From NCBI GenBank assembly GCA_965204675.1, contig OZ242003.1:5712454-5776453 (forward strand): a stretch of 64,000 nt of DNA. The letters are read 5' to 3'. The notes under the pieces were generated by a model that was not told the origin of the DNA, searched no databases, and was given only the letters and a program-made list of their open reading frames with translations. Made by a program: the position numbers and the translations under genes. Positions 10,219 through 21,777 of this stretch are shown piece by piece (the stretch's first letter is position 1; every line of letters begins with the position of its first letter). The DNA comes from Vicinamibacterales bacterium. Its GTDB lineage: Bacteria; Acidobacteriota; Vicinamibacteria; Vicinamibacterales; UBA8438.

Positions 10219-11477
10219 GGCACGGGCGCCGCAACCTCCCCGGCGAGCTGCTCGTCCATCGTCTGCCGGCGGCGCACGACCCGCCAGGCCGATGCGTCGA
10301 CCATGACCTCGGCCGGCAACGGATGCCGATTGTAGTTGGACGCCATGGCGGATCCATAGGCCCCGGCGTCGAACACCGCGACCAGCTCGCCCACCGCGGG
10401 CAACGGCAGCCGCCGCTCGACCCCGAAGACGTCCGACGATTCGCAGATCGGGCCCACGACGTCGCAGGTCACCACGTCGTCCTCACGCTCCTCCACGAGG
10501 GCAATCCGGTGATACGCCCCGTAGAGGGCCGGCCGCATCAACTCGCTCATGCCGGCGTCGAGCACCACGAACCAGGTCCCGTCGGCCCGCGGCTTCACGT
10601 CGACCACCGACGCCAGCAGGACCCCCGCGGGGCCGACGATGGCGCGGCCCGGCTCGACGATCAGGGTCAACCCCGTCGGCCGGGCCGCCTCGACGAGGGC
10701 CTCCGCGTAGGCGTCGACCGGCGGCGGCTCGCCCCCCGCCTCGTCGTAGGCGATGCCCAGTCCGCCGCCGAGGTCGAGGTGCTCCAGCTTCACGCCGTCG
10801 TCGGCCAGCTCCTGCGCCAGGGCGACCACCGAGGCCGCCGCCCGCCGCAACGGCCCCAGCCCGAGCATCTGGGAGCCCACGTGGATGTGCAGCCCGGTGA
10901 AGCGCAGCCCCGCGCGGCTCGCGGCATCGCGCACGATCGCCCGCGCGTCGCCGATCGCGACCCCGAACTTGTGCCGGCTCAGGCCGGTCGAGATGTGGGG
11001 ATGGCTGTCGGCGGCGATGTCCGGATTGACGCGGAGGGCGACGCGGGCCGTCGTGCCGCGCCGCCGCGCGGCGCCCGCTATCCGCTCCAGCTCGCCCGCC
11101 GATTCGGCGTTGATGGCCTTGACCCCCAGCTCGACCGCCCGGTCGATCTCCGCCGGGGTCTTCCCCACCCCCGTGAAGACGATGTCCCCGGGGGCGAAGC
11201 CGGCCCGCAGGGCCACCTCGATCTCGCCGCCCGAGTTGGCGTCCACGAGGCCGCCGGCGGTCCGGACGACCTCGACCACCGCGAGGTTGGAGTTGGCCTT
11301 CAGCGCGTAGTGCACGGCGTGCGGCCACGGCTCGAAGCCGGCCCGGAAACGACGCACGCGCTCGCGAATGACGGCCGCGCTGTAGACGTAGACGGGCGTT
11401 CCGACCTCCGCCGCCATCGCGGCCAGCGGCACGCCGTCGCATTCCCATCCCCCGCCGCCGCGAACGAAACCCGACAT
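10200..11477 (-). CDS. lysA: Diaminopimelate decarboxylase
   Basis: HYALKANSNLAVVEVV, FTGLHIHVGSQ, LDLGGGLGIAY, EPGRAIVGPAG and VGPICESSD motifs. Start chosen at ATG 11477 (MSGFVRGGGGWECDGVPL). Confidence 0.93.
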   Translation of the reverse strand: MSGFVRGGGGWECDGVPLAAMAAEVGTPVYVYSAAVIRERVRRFRAGFEPWPHAVHYALKANSNLAVVEVVRTAGGLVDANSGGEIEVALRAGFAPGDIVFTGVGKTPAEIDRAVELGVKAINAESAGELERIAGAARRRGTTARVALRVNPDIAADSHPHISTGLSRHKFGVAIGDARAIVRDAASRAGLRFTGLHIHVGSQMLGLGPLRRAAASVVALAQELADDGVKLEHLDLGGGLGIAYDEAGGEPPPVDAYAEALVEAARPTGLTLIVEPGRAIVGPAGVLLASVVDVKPRADGTWFVVLDAGMSELMRPALYGAYHRIALVEEREDDVVTCDVVGPICESSDVFGVERRLPLPAVGELVAVFDAGAYGSAMASNYNRHPLPAEVMVDASAWRVVRRRQTMDEQLAGEVAAPVPRESVP

Positions 11478-11637
11478 CGAAGGCGCATTGTACGGCACGG
11501 GGGCGGCGGCCGCACCGGCGCCCCGCACCCGCCGCCGCGGCCGGACGCCGCCCTCCGCGGGTACGGACGCGCATTGACCGTCTCCGCCGCCGTCGCTATA
11601 CTCCGTCGATCCGCCCTCGCCGGCGTGCCAGTGACCC

Positions 11638-12264
11638 ATGCTCGTGAGCTCCGCTCCCTCCTCATCCGAATCGATCGACGAGCTCATCGAACGGTGTCTG
11701 GCGGGGGACGAGCGCGCCTGGGACCGGATAGTCACCCTGCACTGGCGCCGGGTCTTCAACGTCGCCTACAAGTTCGTGGGCCGTCACGACGTGGCCGAGG
11801 ACCTCACCCAGGAGATATTCCTCAAGATCTTCCGGGCGCTGGGCACCTTCGACCGGCGCGCCAACTTCCAGACGTGGCTCATCAGCGTCAGCCGCAACCT
11901 GTGCATCGACCACTACCGCAGCGTCCGGAAGGAGCGCGAGCTGGTGGACCGCAACGTGGACGCGGCGGACGTCTCGCCCGTCAGCCGCGAGCCGGACCCC
12001 CTCACCGCGCTGGAGCGGAGCGATCGCCGGATGCTGCTGCATCGGGCGCTGGAGCAACTGCCCGACACCCTGCGCACCGCGGTCCTCATGCGCGACATCC
12101 AGGAGCAGTCGTACCGCGAGATCGCCCAGGCGCTCGACCTCCCCGAGGGCACCGTGAAGTCACGGATCAACCGCGGCCGCCACGAGCTGGCCCGGCAGAT
12201 CCGCCGGCTGATCTCCGAGGCCGAGGCGGGGAGCACCCAGGCCGGCAGCCAGGAGCGACCATGA
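11638..12264 (+). CDS. ECF-type RNA polymerase sigma-70 family factor
   Basis: Region 2 (DVAEDLTQEIFLKIFRALGTFDRRANFQTWLISVSRNLCIDHYR) and region 4 (QSYREIAQALDLPEGTVKSRINRGRHEL). Confidence 0.9.
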   Translation: MLVSSAPSSSESIDELIERCLAGDERAWDRIVTLHWRRVFNVAYKFVGRHDVAEDLTQEIFLKIFRALGTFDRRANFQTWLISVSRNLCIDHYRSVRKERELVDRNVDAADVSPVSREPDPLTALERSDRRMLLHRALEQLPDTLRTAVLMRDIQEQSYREIAQALDLPEGTVKSRINRGRHELARQIRRLISEAEAGSTQAGSQERP

Positions 12265-12602
12265 AGCTCACCACCGAACAGAACGGCAACGTCGCCATCG
12301 TCCGCGTCGGCGAGGAGCGGCTGGTGTACCCCCTGTTGCCGACGTTCGCGGACGCGGTCACGACGATGATCGAGGGCGGCGCCCACAACGTCCTCATCGA
12401 CCTGTCGCCGGTCGTCTACGTCGACAGCGCCTCCATCGGGTGCCTGATGGATCTGTACCGAAAGTCGTCGGCAGCGGGGGGAACGCTGAAGCTGGCGAGC
12501 GTCCAGAAGCGCGTGGAGACGATGTTGACGATGACCGGAGCCCAGCACTTCATCGAGATCCACGGCGACGAGCCCGGCGCGCTCGCGGCCTTCGGGGTGT
12601 GA
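12261..12602 (+). CDS. STAS-domain anti-sigma-factor antagonist-like protein
   Basis: MKLTTEQNGNVAIVRVGEERL ... NVLIDLSPVVYVDSASIGCLMDLYRK ... TLKLASVQKRVETMLTMTG has the SpoIIAA/RsbV-like layout including the DS[AS]S serine. The ATG at 12261 overlaps the sigma stop (ATGA). Confidence 0.85.
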   Translation: MKLTTEQNGNVAIVRVGEERLVYPLLPTFADAVTTMIEGGAHNVLIDLSPVVYVDSASIGCLMDLYRKSSAAGGTLKLASVQKRVETMLTMTGAQHFIEIHGDEPGALAAFGV

Positions 12603-12603
12603 C

Positions 12604-12873
12604 ATGCGGAGTATCACGACGACCGGCGGAATTGCGCTGCCGCTCGACGGCGATCTGCTGGGGATGCTCGAAACCCTGTACAAGGAGCTGAACACGCGCT
12701 ACGCCCTCGATCGCACGTTCGAGGACACCGTGCGCGAGATCGCCCATCTGCTCGATCAGATGACCGACGAGGAGCGGCGCGCCTACCTCGCCGAGAGCCT
12801 CTTCCTCAACACCGTCACCTACGAGAACGAGCGCCTGGGCGCGTACGTGCGGAAGGTCACCGAGAACGCCTGA
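12604..12873 (+). CDS. Hypothetical 89-aa protein, third gene of the sigma/STAS operon
   Basis: Non-biased composition (MLETLYKELNTRYALDRTFEDTVREIAHLLDQMTDEERRAYLAESLF). The ATG lies 1 nt after the STAS stop. I recognise no family. Confidence 0.55.
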   Translation: MRSITTTGGIALPLDGDLLGMLETLYKELNTRYALDRTFEDTVREIAHLLDQMTDEERRAYLAESLFLNTVTYENERLGAYVRKVTENA

Positions 12874-12899
12874 CGTCAGGGGGAAGCCGGGCGGCCGGC

Positions 12900-13814
12900 T
12901 CAGCGGGTGACGAAGTCGGGGGCCTCGGCGGCGACCGCCGCCGCCGGCGTGTGCTCCAGCCCCGGCGACTCGACGATCCGCCACGCGTCCGACTCGGCCA
13001 GGATCTTCTCGGCGAAGGCGGTGTGCAGCCCGTGGCCGCCCCGGTGGGCGACGAGATGGCCGATGACGGGATGCCCCACCAGGGCGAGGTCGCCGATCGC
13101 GTCGAGAATCTTGTGGCGGACGAACTCGTCCTCGAACCGCAGCCGGCTGTTCAGGATCCCGGTATCGCCCAGAACCACCGCGTTCTCGAGCGACCCCCCG
13201 AGGGCGAGGCCCTTCCGGCGGAGCATCTCGACCTCCTTGAGGAACCCGAACGTGCGGGCCGGCGCGATCTCGTCGACGAACGACGCCTCCGTGACGGTCA
13301 GGGTGCGGGCCATGTGCCGGAGCAGCGGGTGGTCGAAGCTGATGCTGTAGGACACCTTGAAGTGATCCGACGGGTAGAGGGCGATGCGCTTGTCCCCGCT
13401 CGACAGCGACACCGGCCGGAACACCTTGAGATAGCGCCGCGGCGCGGACAGCCGCCGCAGCCCCGCCTCGTGCAGCAGGTACACGAACGAGGCGGCGCTG
13501 CCGTCCATGATCGGCACCTCCGGCTGGTCGAGGTCGACGACCACGTTGTCCACGCCGAGGCCGACCAGGGCCGCCAGCAGGTGCTCGACGGTCCGCACCG
13601 TCTCGGCGTTTCGCGACAGCCCGGTGGCGTAGTGCAGCCGGTCGACGTTGTCCACCGTCGCGGGTATCTCGATCCCGTCGAGGTCCGCGCGGCGGAAACG
13701 GATGCCGCTCCCGGCCGCGGCGGGCCGCAGCGACAACGTCACCTTCCGGCCGGAATGCAGCCCGATTCCGGTGCAGGAGACGGAACGTCGGACGGTGTGC
13801 TGAAAATCAGTCAC
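12900..13814 (-). CDS. lpxC: UDP-3-O-acyl-N-acetylglucosamine deacetylase
   Basis: SCTGIGLHSGRKVTLSLRPA, TVEHLLAAL, PIMDGSAASF, HKILDAIGDLAL and HRGGHGLH motifs. GTG start at 13814. Confidence 0.95.
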   Translation of the reverse strand: MTDFQHTVRRSVSCTGIGLHSGRKVTLSLRPAAAGSGIRFRRADLDGIEIPATVDNVDRLHYATGLSRNAETVRTVEHLLAALVGLGVDNVVVDLDQPEVPIMDGSAASFVYLLHEAGLRRLSAPRRYLKVFRPVSLSSGDKRIALYPSDHFKVSYSISFDHPLLRHMARTLTVTEASFVDEIAPARTFGFLKEVEMLRRKGLALGGSLENAVVLGDTGILNSRLRFEDEFVRHKILDAIGDLALVGHPVIGHLVAHRGGHGLHTAFAEKILAESDAWRIVESPGLEHTPAAAVAAEAPDFVTR

Positions 13815-13954
13815 GGAGCGGCGACCTCCAAGGGGGGCGGGCCGAACGACCGATCGACGACAGGGCGCCGTCCAGAGTGTCTCACTGAACCGGTTATCGG
13901 CATGTTCCGCGAGTTCATGCGCGACTCGACCCTCTTGTCACCGTAACACATCTG

Positions 13955-16804
<2,850 letters not shown>

Positions 16805-16842
16805 CGGCCGTGATCAGGTTCCAGCCCGGAGAGCGTCGCCCC

Positions 16843-16988
16843 GCCCGCCCATCGCCGCCTTCGGCTCCGCCGGGCGCCCAGCCAACCCTGGCGGGAGCCT
16901 GCCCCGTTCCACCGCGCAGACGCCCGGGGCTCCGCTCGCCGCCCAACCGACCCTGCCGGGAATCCGCACCGTTCCCGCAGACTCCCGG
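16843..16988 (-). repeat. About 1.7 units of the dispersed hairpin repeat, between the beta-propeller gene and uvrA
   Basis: gcccgcccatcgccgccttcggctccgccgggcgcccagccaaccctggcgggagcctgccccgttccaccgcgcagacgccc, followed by the truncated unit gctccgctcgccgcccaaccgaccctgccgggaatccgcaccgttcccgcagactcccgg. Confidence 0.8.
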
Positions 16989-17046
16989 TCCCGTCCCGTG
17001 CTGCCGCAGTCAGTCGCCGCCAGCGCCGCCCAAACTCTTGATGCTA

Positions 17047-18066
17047 TCACGCCGGGCCGGGCCCGGGCAGGCGCTCGAACCGGTACACGCGATCGTCGGA
17101 CGCCACCACCGCGCCCCCGTGCCGGTCGAAGGCGACCCCGACCAGACCGGGCGCCGCCACGACCTGCTCGGGCTCGTCGGCGCCCCCGACGCGGTAGAGC
17201 CCGCTCGCCCCGGCCAGCGCCTCGACGACGTGAAGGGTGCCCCGGGCGTCGAAGGCGAGACCCTGGGGCCGGCCGAACCCCCGGTGGACGGTGGTGACGG
17301 CCCCCGCCGGATCGATGCGGTACACGGCATCGCGGGTGGCCAGCGTCGGCGCCGTCACGTAGAGGTCGCCGGTGGGGGCCATGCCGAGGTGGAACGCGGC
17401 CACGCTGGGGGGCAGGGTGGCGAACGGCGACACCTCGCCCGACGGCGCGATCTTGAAGATGGTGCCGGACCGGTCGCCGACGAACAGCGTGCCGGCCTCG
17501 TCGAACGCCAGCCCGCAGGCCACTCCGAGCTCCGCCGCCAGTTGCTTGTGCTGCCCGTCGGCCTCGACCCGGAACACCGCGCCGTCGAAGCGGCTCGACA
17601 CGAACAGCCGGCCCAGGGGATCGAGGGCGAGCGAGGTCGGGTTGGTGATGCCGGTCACGAACGGCTCGCGAAAGCCGTCCCGCCGGAGCCGGAACACCGA
17701 GACCGGCGCCGACTCCCCGCGGGTCCCGCTGTAGGTCAGGAACAGGGTGCCGTCGGCGTCGATGACCGGACTGTCGACCTGGTGCACGCCGGCGGCGACC
17801 TGCGCGCCGACCTCCAGCCGGGTGGTCTCGCCCGGCGCGGTGTCGAGCCGGACGGGCAGCGAGCCGCCCCCGGTGTCGGGTGGCACCAGACAGGCGACCC
17901 GGTCCCTGCCCGCGCACACCACCTGCGCGGGACGGTCGCCGATCCACGCCTCGGGCACCCGGCGGCCGTCCCCCCCCACGCCGGGCCCGAGGACGGCGAT
18001 CCGTCCCCCGGCGACCGCCGCCGGTGGATGCACGGACGTGATTCGGGTAGCGGACGCCTGAGTCAT
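17047..18066 (-). CDS. IPT/TIG-like N-terminal domain plus NHL/SMP-30-type beta-propeller protein
   Basis: Repeated blade-like segments (DADGTLFLT, DPLGRLFVSS, DEAGTLFVGD, APTGDLYVT, DARGTLHVVE). No specific function can be assigned. Confidence 0.7.
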   Translation of the reverse strand: MTQASATRITSVHPPAAVAGGRIAVLGPGVGGDGRRVPEAWIGDRPAQVVCAGRDRVACLVPPDTGGGSLPVRLDTAPGETTRLEVGAQVAAGVHQVDSPVIDADGTLFLTYSGTRGESAPVSVFRLRRDGFREPFVTGITNPTSLALDPLGRLFVSSRFDGAVFRVEADGQHKQLAAELGVACGLAFDEAGTLFVGDRSGTIFKIAPSGEVSPFATLPPSVAAFHLGMAPTGDLYVTAPTLATRDAVYRIDPAGAVTTVHRGFGRPQGLAFDARGTLHVVEALAGASGLYRVGGADEPEQVVAAPGLVGVAFDRHGGAVVASDDRVYRFERLPGPGPA

Positions 18067-18116
18067 CTACGACGGCGGGAGCGGACGGCCGGCAGCCCGG
18101 GTGACGCCACGGGCTG

Positions 18117-18650
18117 CTACGCCGGGTCCAGCTCGACGTTCCAGTAGAGGTAGTCCCGCCAGCTCGCGGGGGTGTCGCGCAGGCCGACGGCGATGCGCAC
18201 GGTCGCGGGGCGCAACGGGCGCCGGGGCGGACGGATGACCCGCATGCCGGCCTCGGCGGGCGTGCGCCCGCCCTTCCGCCGGTTGCACGACACGCAGGAC
18301 GTGACGATGTTCTCCCAGTCCTTGCGCCCGCCGTAGCGCACCGGAACGACGTGGTCGAAGGTCAGCTCGGCGGGCGGGAACCCCCGGCCGCAGTACTGAC
18401 ACAGGTGGTCGTCGCGGGCATAGATGTTGGCGCGCGAGAACGGCACCAGGTTGAAGTGACGCTTGATGGTGATGTAGTTCAGCAACCGGATCACCGAGGG
18501 CAGCTTCACCGTCAACGAGACCGAGTGCACCTCCCGGTCGTAGACCGAGAGCACCTCGACCTTGCCCTGACACCACAGGCGCATCGCCCGCCGCCAGTCG
18601 ACGACCTTCAACGGCTCGTAGGTCGCGTTGAGCAGCAGCGTGTGCTCCAT
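18117..18650 (-). CDS. HNH endonuclease
   Basis: CQYCGRGFPPAELTFDHVVPVRYGGRKDWENIVTSCVSCNRRKG is an HNH zinc motif. Start chosen at ATG 18650 (MEHTLLLNATYEPLKV). The track start at 18719 is the TTG inside a promoter-like TTGACA. Confidence 0.85.
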   Translation of the reverse strand: MEHTLLLNATYEPLKVVDWRRAMRLWCQGKVEVLSVYDREVHSVSLTVKLPSVIRLLNYITIKRHFNLVPFSRANIYARDDHLCQYCGRGFPPAELTFDHVVPVRYGGRKDWENIVTSCVSCNRRKGGRTPAEAGMRVIRPPRRPLRPATVRIAVGLRDTPASWRDYLYWNVELDPA

Positions 18651-18689
18651 GGGTTCGGCACCGTTCCGGCTCGTCAGCCCAAAGGGTTG

Positions 18690-18719
18690 ATTGTGCCTGA
18701 ATTCGCTATTCCGTGTCAA
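18690..18719 (-). promoter_or_regulatory. Candidate sigma-70-type promoter for the HNH endonuclease gene
   Basis: The minus strand reads TTGACA (18719-18714), an 18-nt spacer, then CACAAT (18695-18690). This lies about 40 nt upstream of ATG 18650. Confidence 0.35.
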
Positions 18720-18819
18720 GCCGACGCGCCGGTCCTAAAGCCTTGCCGCGTAACGAGTTATCGCGCGGCCACGGCCTCCCTCTGTCCGCGCCGGGGACAG
18801 GCGCCGACAGTACAGGACG

Positions 18820-19332
18820 ATGCGCCGCATCGTCTGGTGTCCGCTGATTCTCGTTCTCGCCGGGTGCGCGATACGCCCCGGCGCGACGCCGCAACCGTTC
18901 CCCAGGCCCCACCTCGCCCCGGCGGACCTGCCGGCCCTCGGGGCCGGGGAGCGCCCCGCACCCGACGCGGTGACGGCCACCGCCCTCGAGTACCTGGGAG
19001 TCCCGTACCGGTGGGGCGGAAGCACCCCGCGGGGCTTCGACTGCAGCGGATTCACCTGGTACGTGTTCAGCCGCCACGGCATGGAGCTGCCGCGGGTCGC
19101 GGCCGACCAGTACCGCGTCGGCGAGCGGATCGGCCGCGACGCGGTGCGACCGGGAGACCTGCTGTTCTTCGAGACCATCTCCGAGGGGCCGTCGCACGTC
19201 GCGCTGGCCCTCGACGCCGATCGGTTCGTCCACGCGCCGGCGAGGCGGGGGAAGGTCCGGGTCGAGCGCCTGAGCTCGCACTACTGGGCGAGCCGCTTCC
19301 TCGGCGCCCGGCGCGTGCTGCGGGAAACGTGA
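18820..19332 (+). CDS. NlpC/P60 (C40) family peptidoglycan peptidase lipoprotein
   Basis: LILVLAGC lipobox, then YLGVPYRWGGSTPRGFDCSGFTWYVF (catalytic Cys) and GPSHVALAL (His). Confidence 0.9.
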   Translation: MRRIVWCPLILVLAGCAIRPGATPQPFPRPHLAPADLPALGAGERPAPDAVTATALEYLGVPYRWGGSTPRGFDCSGFTWYVFSRHGMELPRVAADQYRVGERIGRDAVRPGDLLFFETISEGPSHVALALDADRFVHAPARRGKVRVERLSSHYWASRFLGARRVLRET

Positions 19333-19422
19333 CGGAAGCTGCCTCCCCCAACGCAGAAACCGCTGATGGCGGGCTGCATCCGGGGGGTGGTCGGCAATCC
19401 TGTACCGATCACCGTCCGGCGA

Positions 19423-19557
19423 CCGCGCCGCGGAACCGCGCGGACTCCGGCGGGTCGCCTGCGACGGCCGGGCAGAGCCGACGGCGACGGCCCGGCGGGC
19501 CGGAAGCCTGCGCCGGGAGGTCCGGCGGGCCGGGAGCCTGCGCCAGGAGGCCCGGCG
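19423..19557 (+). repeat. Dispersed hairpin repeat unit plus short tandem sub-repeats in a convergent intergenic region
   Basis: cgcgccgcggaaccgcgcggactccggcgggtcgcctgcgacggccgggcagagccgacggcgacggcccggcgggc, followed by cggaagcctgcgccgggaggtccggcgggc and cgggagcctgcgccaggaggcccggcg. Confidence 0.7.
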
Positions 19558-19578
19558 TCCTCCACGTCGCGCCGCGGC

Positions 19579-20475
19579 TCAGGCGCCGGCGGGCGCGGCC
19601 GCGAACTGCTCGATCTGCCGGCGGATCTCCCGCGCCGCGTCGGGGGCGACCGGCGCCAGCGGCGGCCGGGGCCGCCCGCCGGCGTAGCCGAGCTCGTCGA
19701 GGGCCGCCTTCAACCCCGGGATGCCGTGCCTGGTGGTCAGCAGCCGGGCGAGCGGGACGACCTCCCGCTGCAGGGCGCGCGCCTCGTCGTGGCGGCCGGC
19801 CGCCACGTGCTCGTAGATCCGCACGCAGGCGTCCGGGATCGCGCACGCCAGGGCCAGGATGCCGCCGCTCGCGCCGAGCGCGAGGCTGGCATAGAACGTC
19901 GGCGCCGACCCGACGAGAACGCTGAAGCCGTCCCGGGCCACGCCGATGAGGTCGCCGACGTAGCCCAGGTCGGGGCCCGACTCCTTCAATCCCGCGATGT
20001 TCGGATGATCGACGAGCCGGGCGACCGCCTCGACCGGCAGGGTGACGCCGGTGAGGGCCGAGAAGTTGTACAGGACGACGGGCACCGGCGACGCATCGGC
20101 CACCGCCGCGTAGTGGCGCACGAACGCCTCGGTGGTGAGCTGCTTCTTGAAGTAGGACGGCGTGCGCACGAGCACGCCGTCGGCGCCGGCGTCCGCCGCC
20201 CGGCGCGCGGCGGCGATGGCCGCGCGGGTCGACTGGCGGCCGGTGCCCGCGAGCAGCAGGCGGTCGCCGGGCACCCGCCCGCGCGCCTCGTGGATCAGCC
20301 GATCCGCCTCGTCGTCGTCGACGAGCGGCGCCTCGCCGGTCGACCCGAGCACCACGAGCCCGCGCAGCGGCGTGGCCATCCAGCGATCGATGTTGGCGCG
20401 CCAGGCGTCGAGGTCGACGGCCTCGTCGTCGGTGAACGGAGTCGGTATGGGAGCGAGCACGCCGCTGATGGTCAT
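19579..20475 (-). CDS. Dihydrodipicolinate synthase/N-acetylneuraminate lyase family protein
   Basis: PIPTPFTDDEAVDLDAW, VVLGSTGEAPLV, VVLYNFSALTG and IAGLKESG (Schiff-base Lys context). The exact substrate cannot be called. Confidence 0.88.
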   Translation of the reverse strand: MTISGVLAPIPTPFTDDEAVDLDAWRANIDRWMATPLRGLVVLGSTGEAPLVDDDEADRLIHEARGRVPGDRLLLAGTGRQSTRAAIAAARRAADAGADGVLVRTPSYFKKQLTTEAFVRHYAAVADASPVPVVLYNFSALTGVTLPVEAVARLVDHPNIAGLKESGPDLGYVGDLIGVARDGFSVLVGSAPTFYASLALGASGGILALACAIPDACVRIYEHVAAGRHDEARALQREVVPLARLLTTRHGIPGLKAALDELGYAGGRPRPPLAPVAPDAAREIRRQIEQFAAAPAGA

Positions 20476-20984
20476 GGTTCGGCTCGTTGCATGAGACAGA
20501 AGACCCAGGACGAAGAGAGACGAGACTACGGTAGCGACGCGGCCCGGCGGTTGTCAAACGCGGACCGCGGCCCGGACCGCGGGCGTACAAGGCAGGACCC
20601 GGCGGCGCCGTCTCGAGACGGTTCCGGCCGGGCCGGGGGTGGGTCACGGGCGGATACGGGCCGCGGTGCCGCCGATTGACTACCGGCCGGCCACGGCGCG
20701 TGAGGCTTTGAGATGTGACGTTCGCCCGGCTCGCCGCGTCGACGCGACACCCGAGCGACGAATGCCAACTATCTATGCAAGTGCCGCGCCAGCTTCTCGA
20801 CGCGCCAGCAATAGACGCCGCAAACTACTACAAATTAAGGACTTGCAGTGATCGCACGCTGGCTGGAGACAGTGCTGCTCGTGACCGGCCCATCCTCGAA
20901 ACGGCACCACCGGTCGCCAACGATGTCGACGCCGCACCCCGACCCGTACACATTTGAGGGCAGCGACGGCGGTCCCCGCGACCG

Positions 20985-21208
20985 GCGGGCCGGGCAACGG
21001 AGAGCCGAGCCGGCGTGGCCCGTCCGAGGGCCTCTTCGGCCGCAACGGACCCGCAAGGACACGCGCCTCCTCGACCACGCGGCCTCCGATCAGGTGCGGG
21101 CCGCGGAACGGGAGAGCCGAGTCAGCGTGGCCCGTCCGAGGGCCTCTTCGGTCGCAGCGGACGCGCAAGGATGCGCGCCTCCTCGACCACGCGGCCTCCG
21201 ATCAGGTG
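20985..21208. repeat. Head-to-tail tandem duplication (2 copies of about 112 bp) of the 3-prime end of the ferredoxin-like gene
   Basis: The core of copy A (20996-21096) and the core of copy B (21107-21208) differ at about 8 positions in about 101. Both encode [12 protein letters not shown][IV]LA[RG][12 protein letters not shown] on the minus strand. Confidence 0.85.
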
Positions 21209-21550
21209 TCCCTGGATGATCCGCTCGAGAACCGCCGGGTCGCACGCGCGGTACCACGTCCCTTCCGGGTAGACGACGGCGATCGGCCCGCCTTCGCAGA
21301 CCCGCAGGCAGTTGGCCTTGGTGCGCAGCACCCCGCCCTGCTCGGACAGCCCCAGCTCGCGTAGCCGGCGCTTCAGATAGGCCCAGGCGGCGAGGCCGCG
21401 CTCGCGATCGCAGCACTTCGGATGGGTCTGGTCGGCGCAGAGCAGCACGTGCCGCTCCGCCGCGGTCACCCCGACGGCGGCGGCAGCGCGCTGCTGGCTC
21501 TCGACCGAGCCCTTGCCGGAGTCGGGAGCGTCCATCATGCGCAACTTCAT
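21122..21550 (-). CDS. Thioredoxin-like [2Fe-2S] ferredoxin family protein
   Basis: [14 protein letters not shown] ... [38 protein letters not shown] is the typical pattern of this family. Start chosen at ATG 21550 (MKLRMMD). Confidence 0.75.
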   Translation of the reverse strand: MKLRMMDAPDSGKGSVESQQRAAAAVGVTAAERHVLLCADQTHPKCCDRERGLAAWAYLKRRLRELGLSEQGGVLRTKANCLRVCEGGPIAVVYPEGTWYRACDPAVLERIIQGHLIGGRVVEEARILARPLRPKRPSDGPR

Positions 21551-21777
21551 GCCCGGGCGAGCAGCGCGCGCGAGCCCGGCACGGCAGCGACCCGCAGGAC
21601 AGTGACGGATAAAGGGTTGCCAACCACGTTCAGGCGCGCCCCGCAGACTGCCGCCTTGCGCGCCTGACACATGGCAAGGTGGTTCTCACCGTCCTTGGCG
21701 GGGAAAAGACCGGACCCGGCGGCAACGCCGGCGGCGGCACTGGAACGAGCCGCGCGACCCGCGTAGCATAGCACGCC

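Noticed and set aside
12885-12900. Hairpin agccgg-gcgg-ccggct between the convergent operon end and lpxC, as a bidirectional terminator
   Set aside because: It has only a 6-bp stem and no U-tract on either strand, so it is too weak to call.
16805-16842. SOS (LexA) box upstream of uvrA
   Set aside because: I found no CTGT-N8-ACAG or GAAC-N4-GTTC type palindrome by eye. The segment ggaacctgatcac is only a half-site resemblance.
20640-20960. Track ORFs 20639..20851, 20715..20957 and 20848..21219 as small proteins
   Set aside because: They are short and overlap each other in different frames. They lack start context, have no recognisable motifs, and partly consist of the duplicated 3-prime segment.
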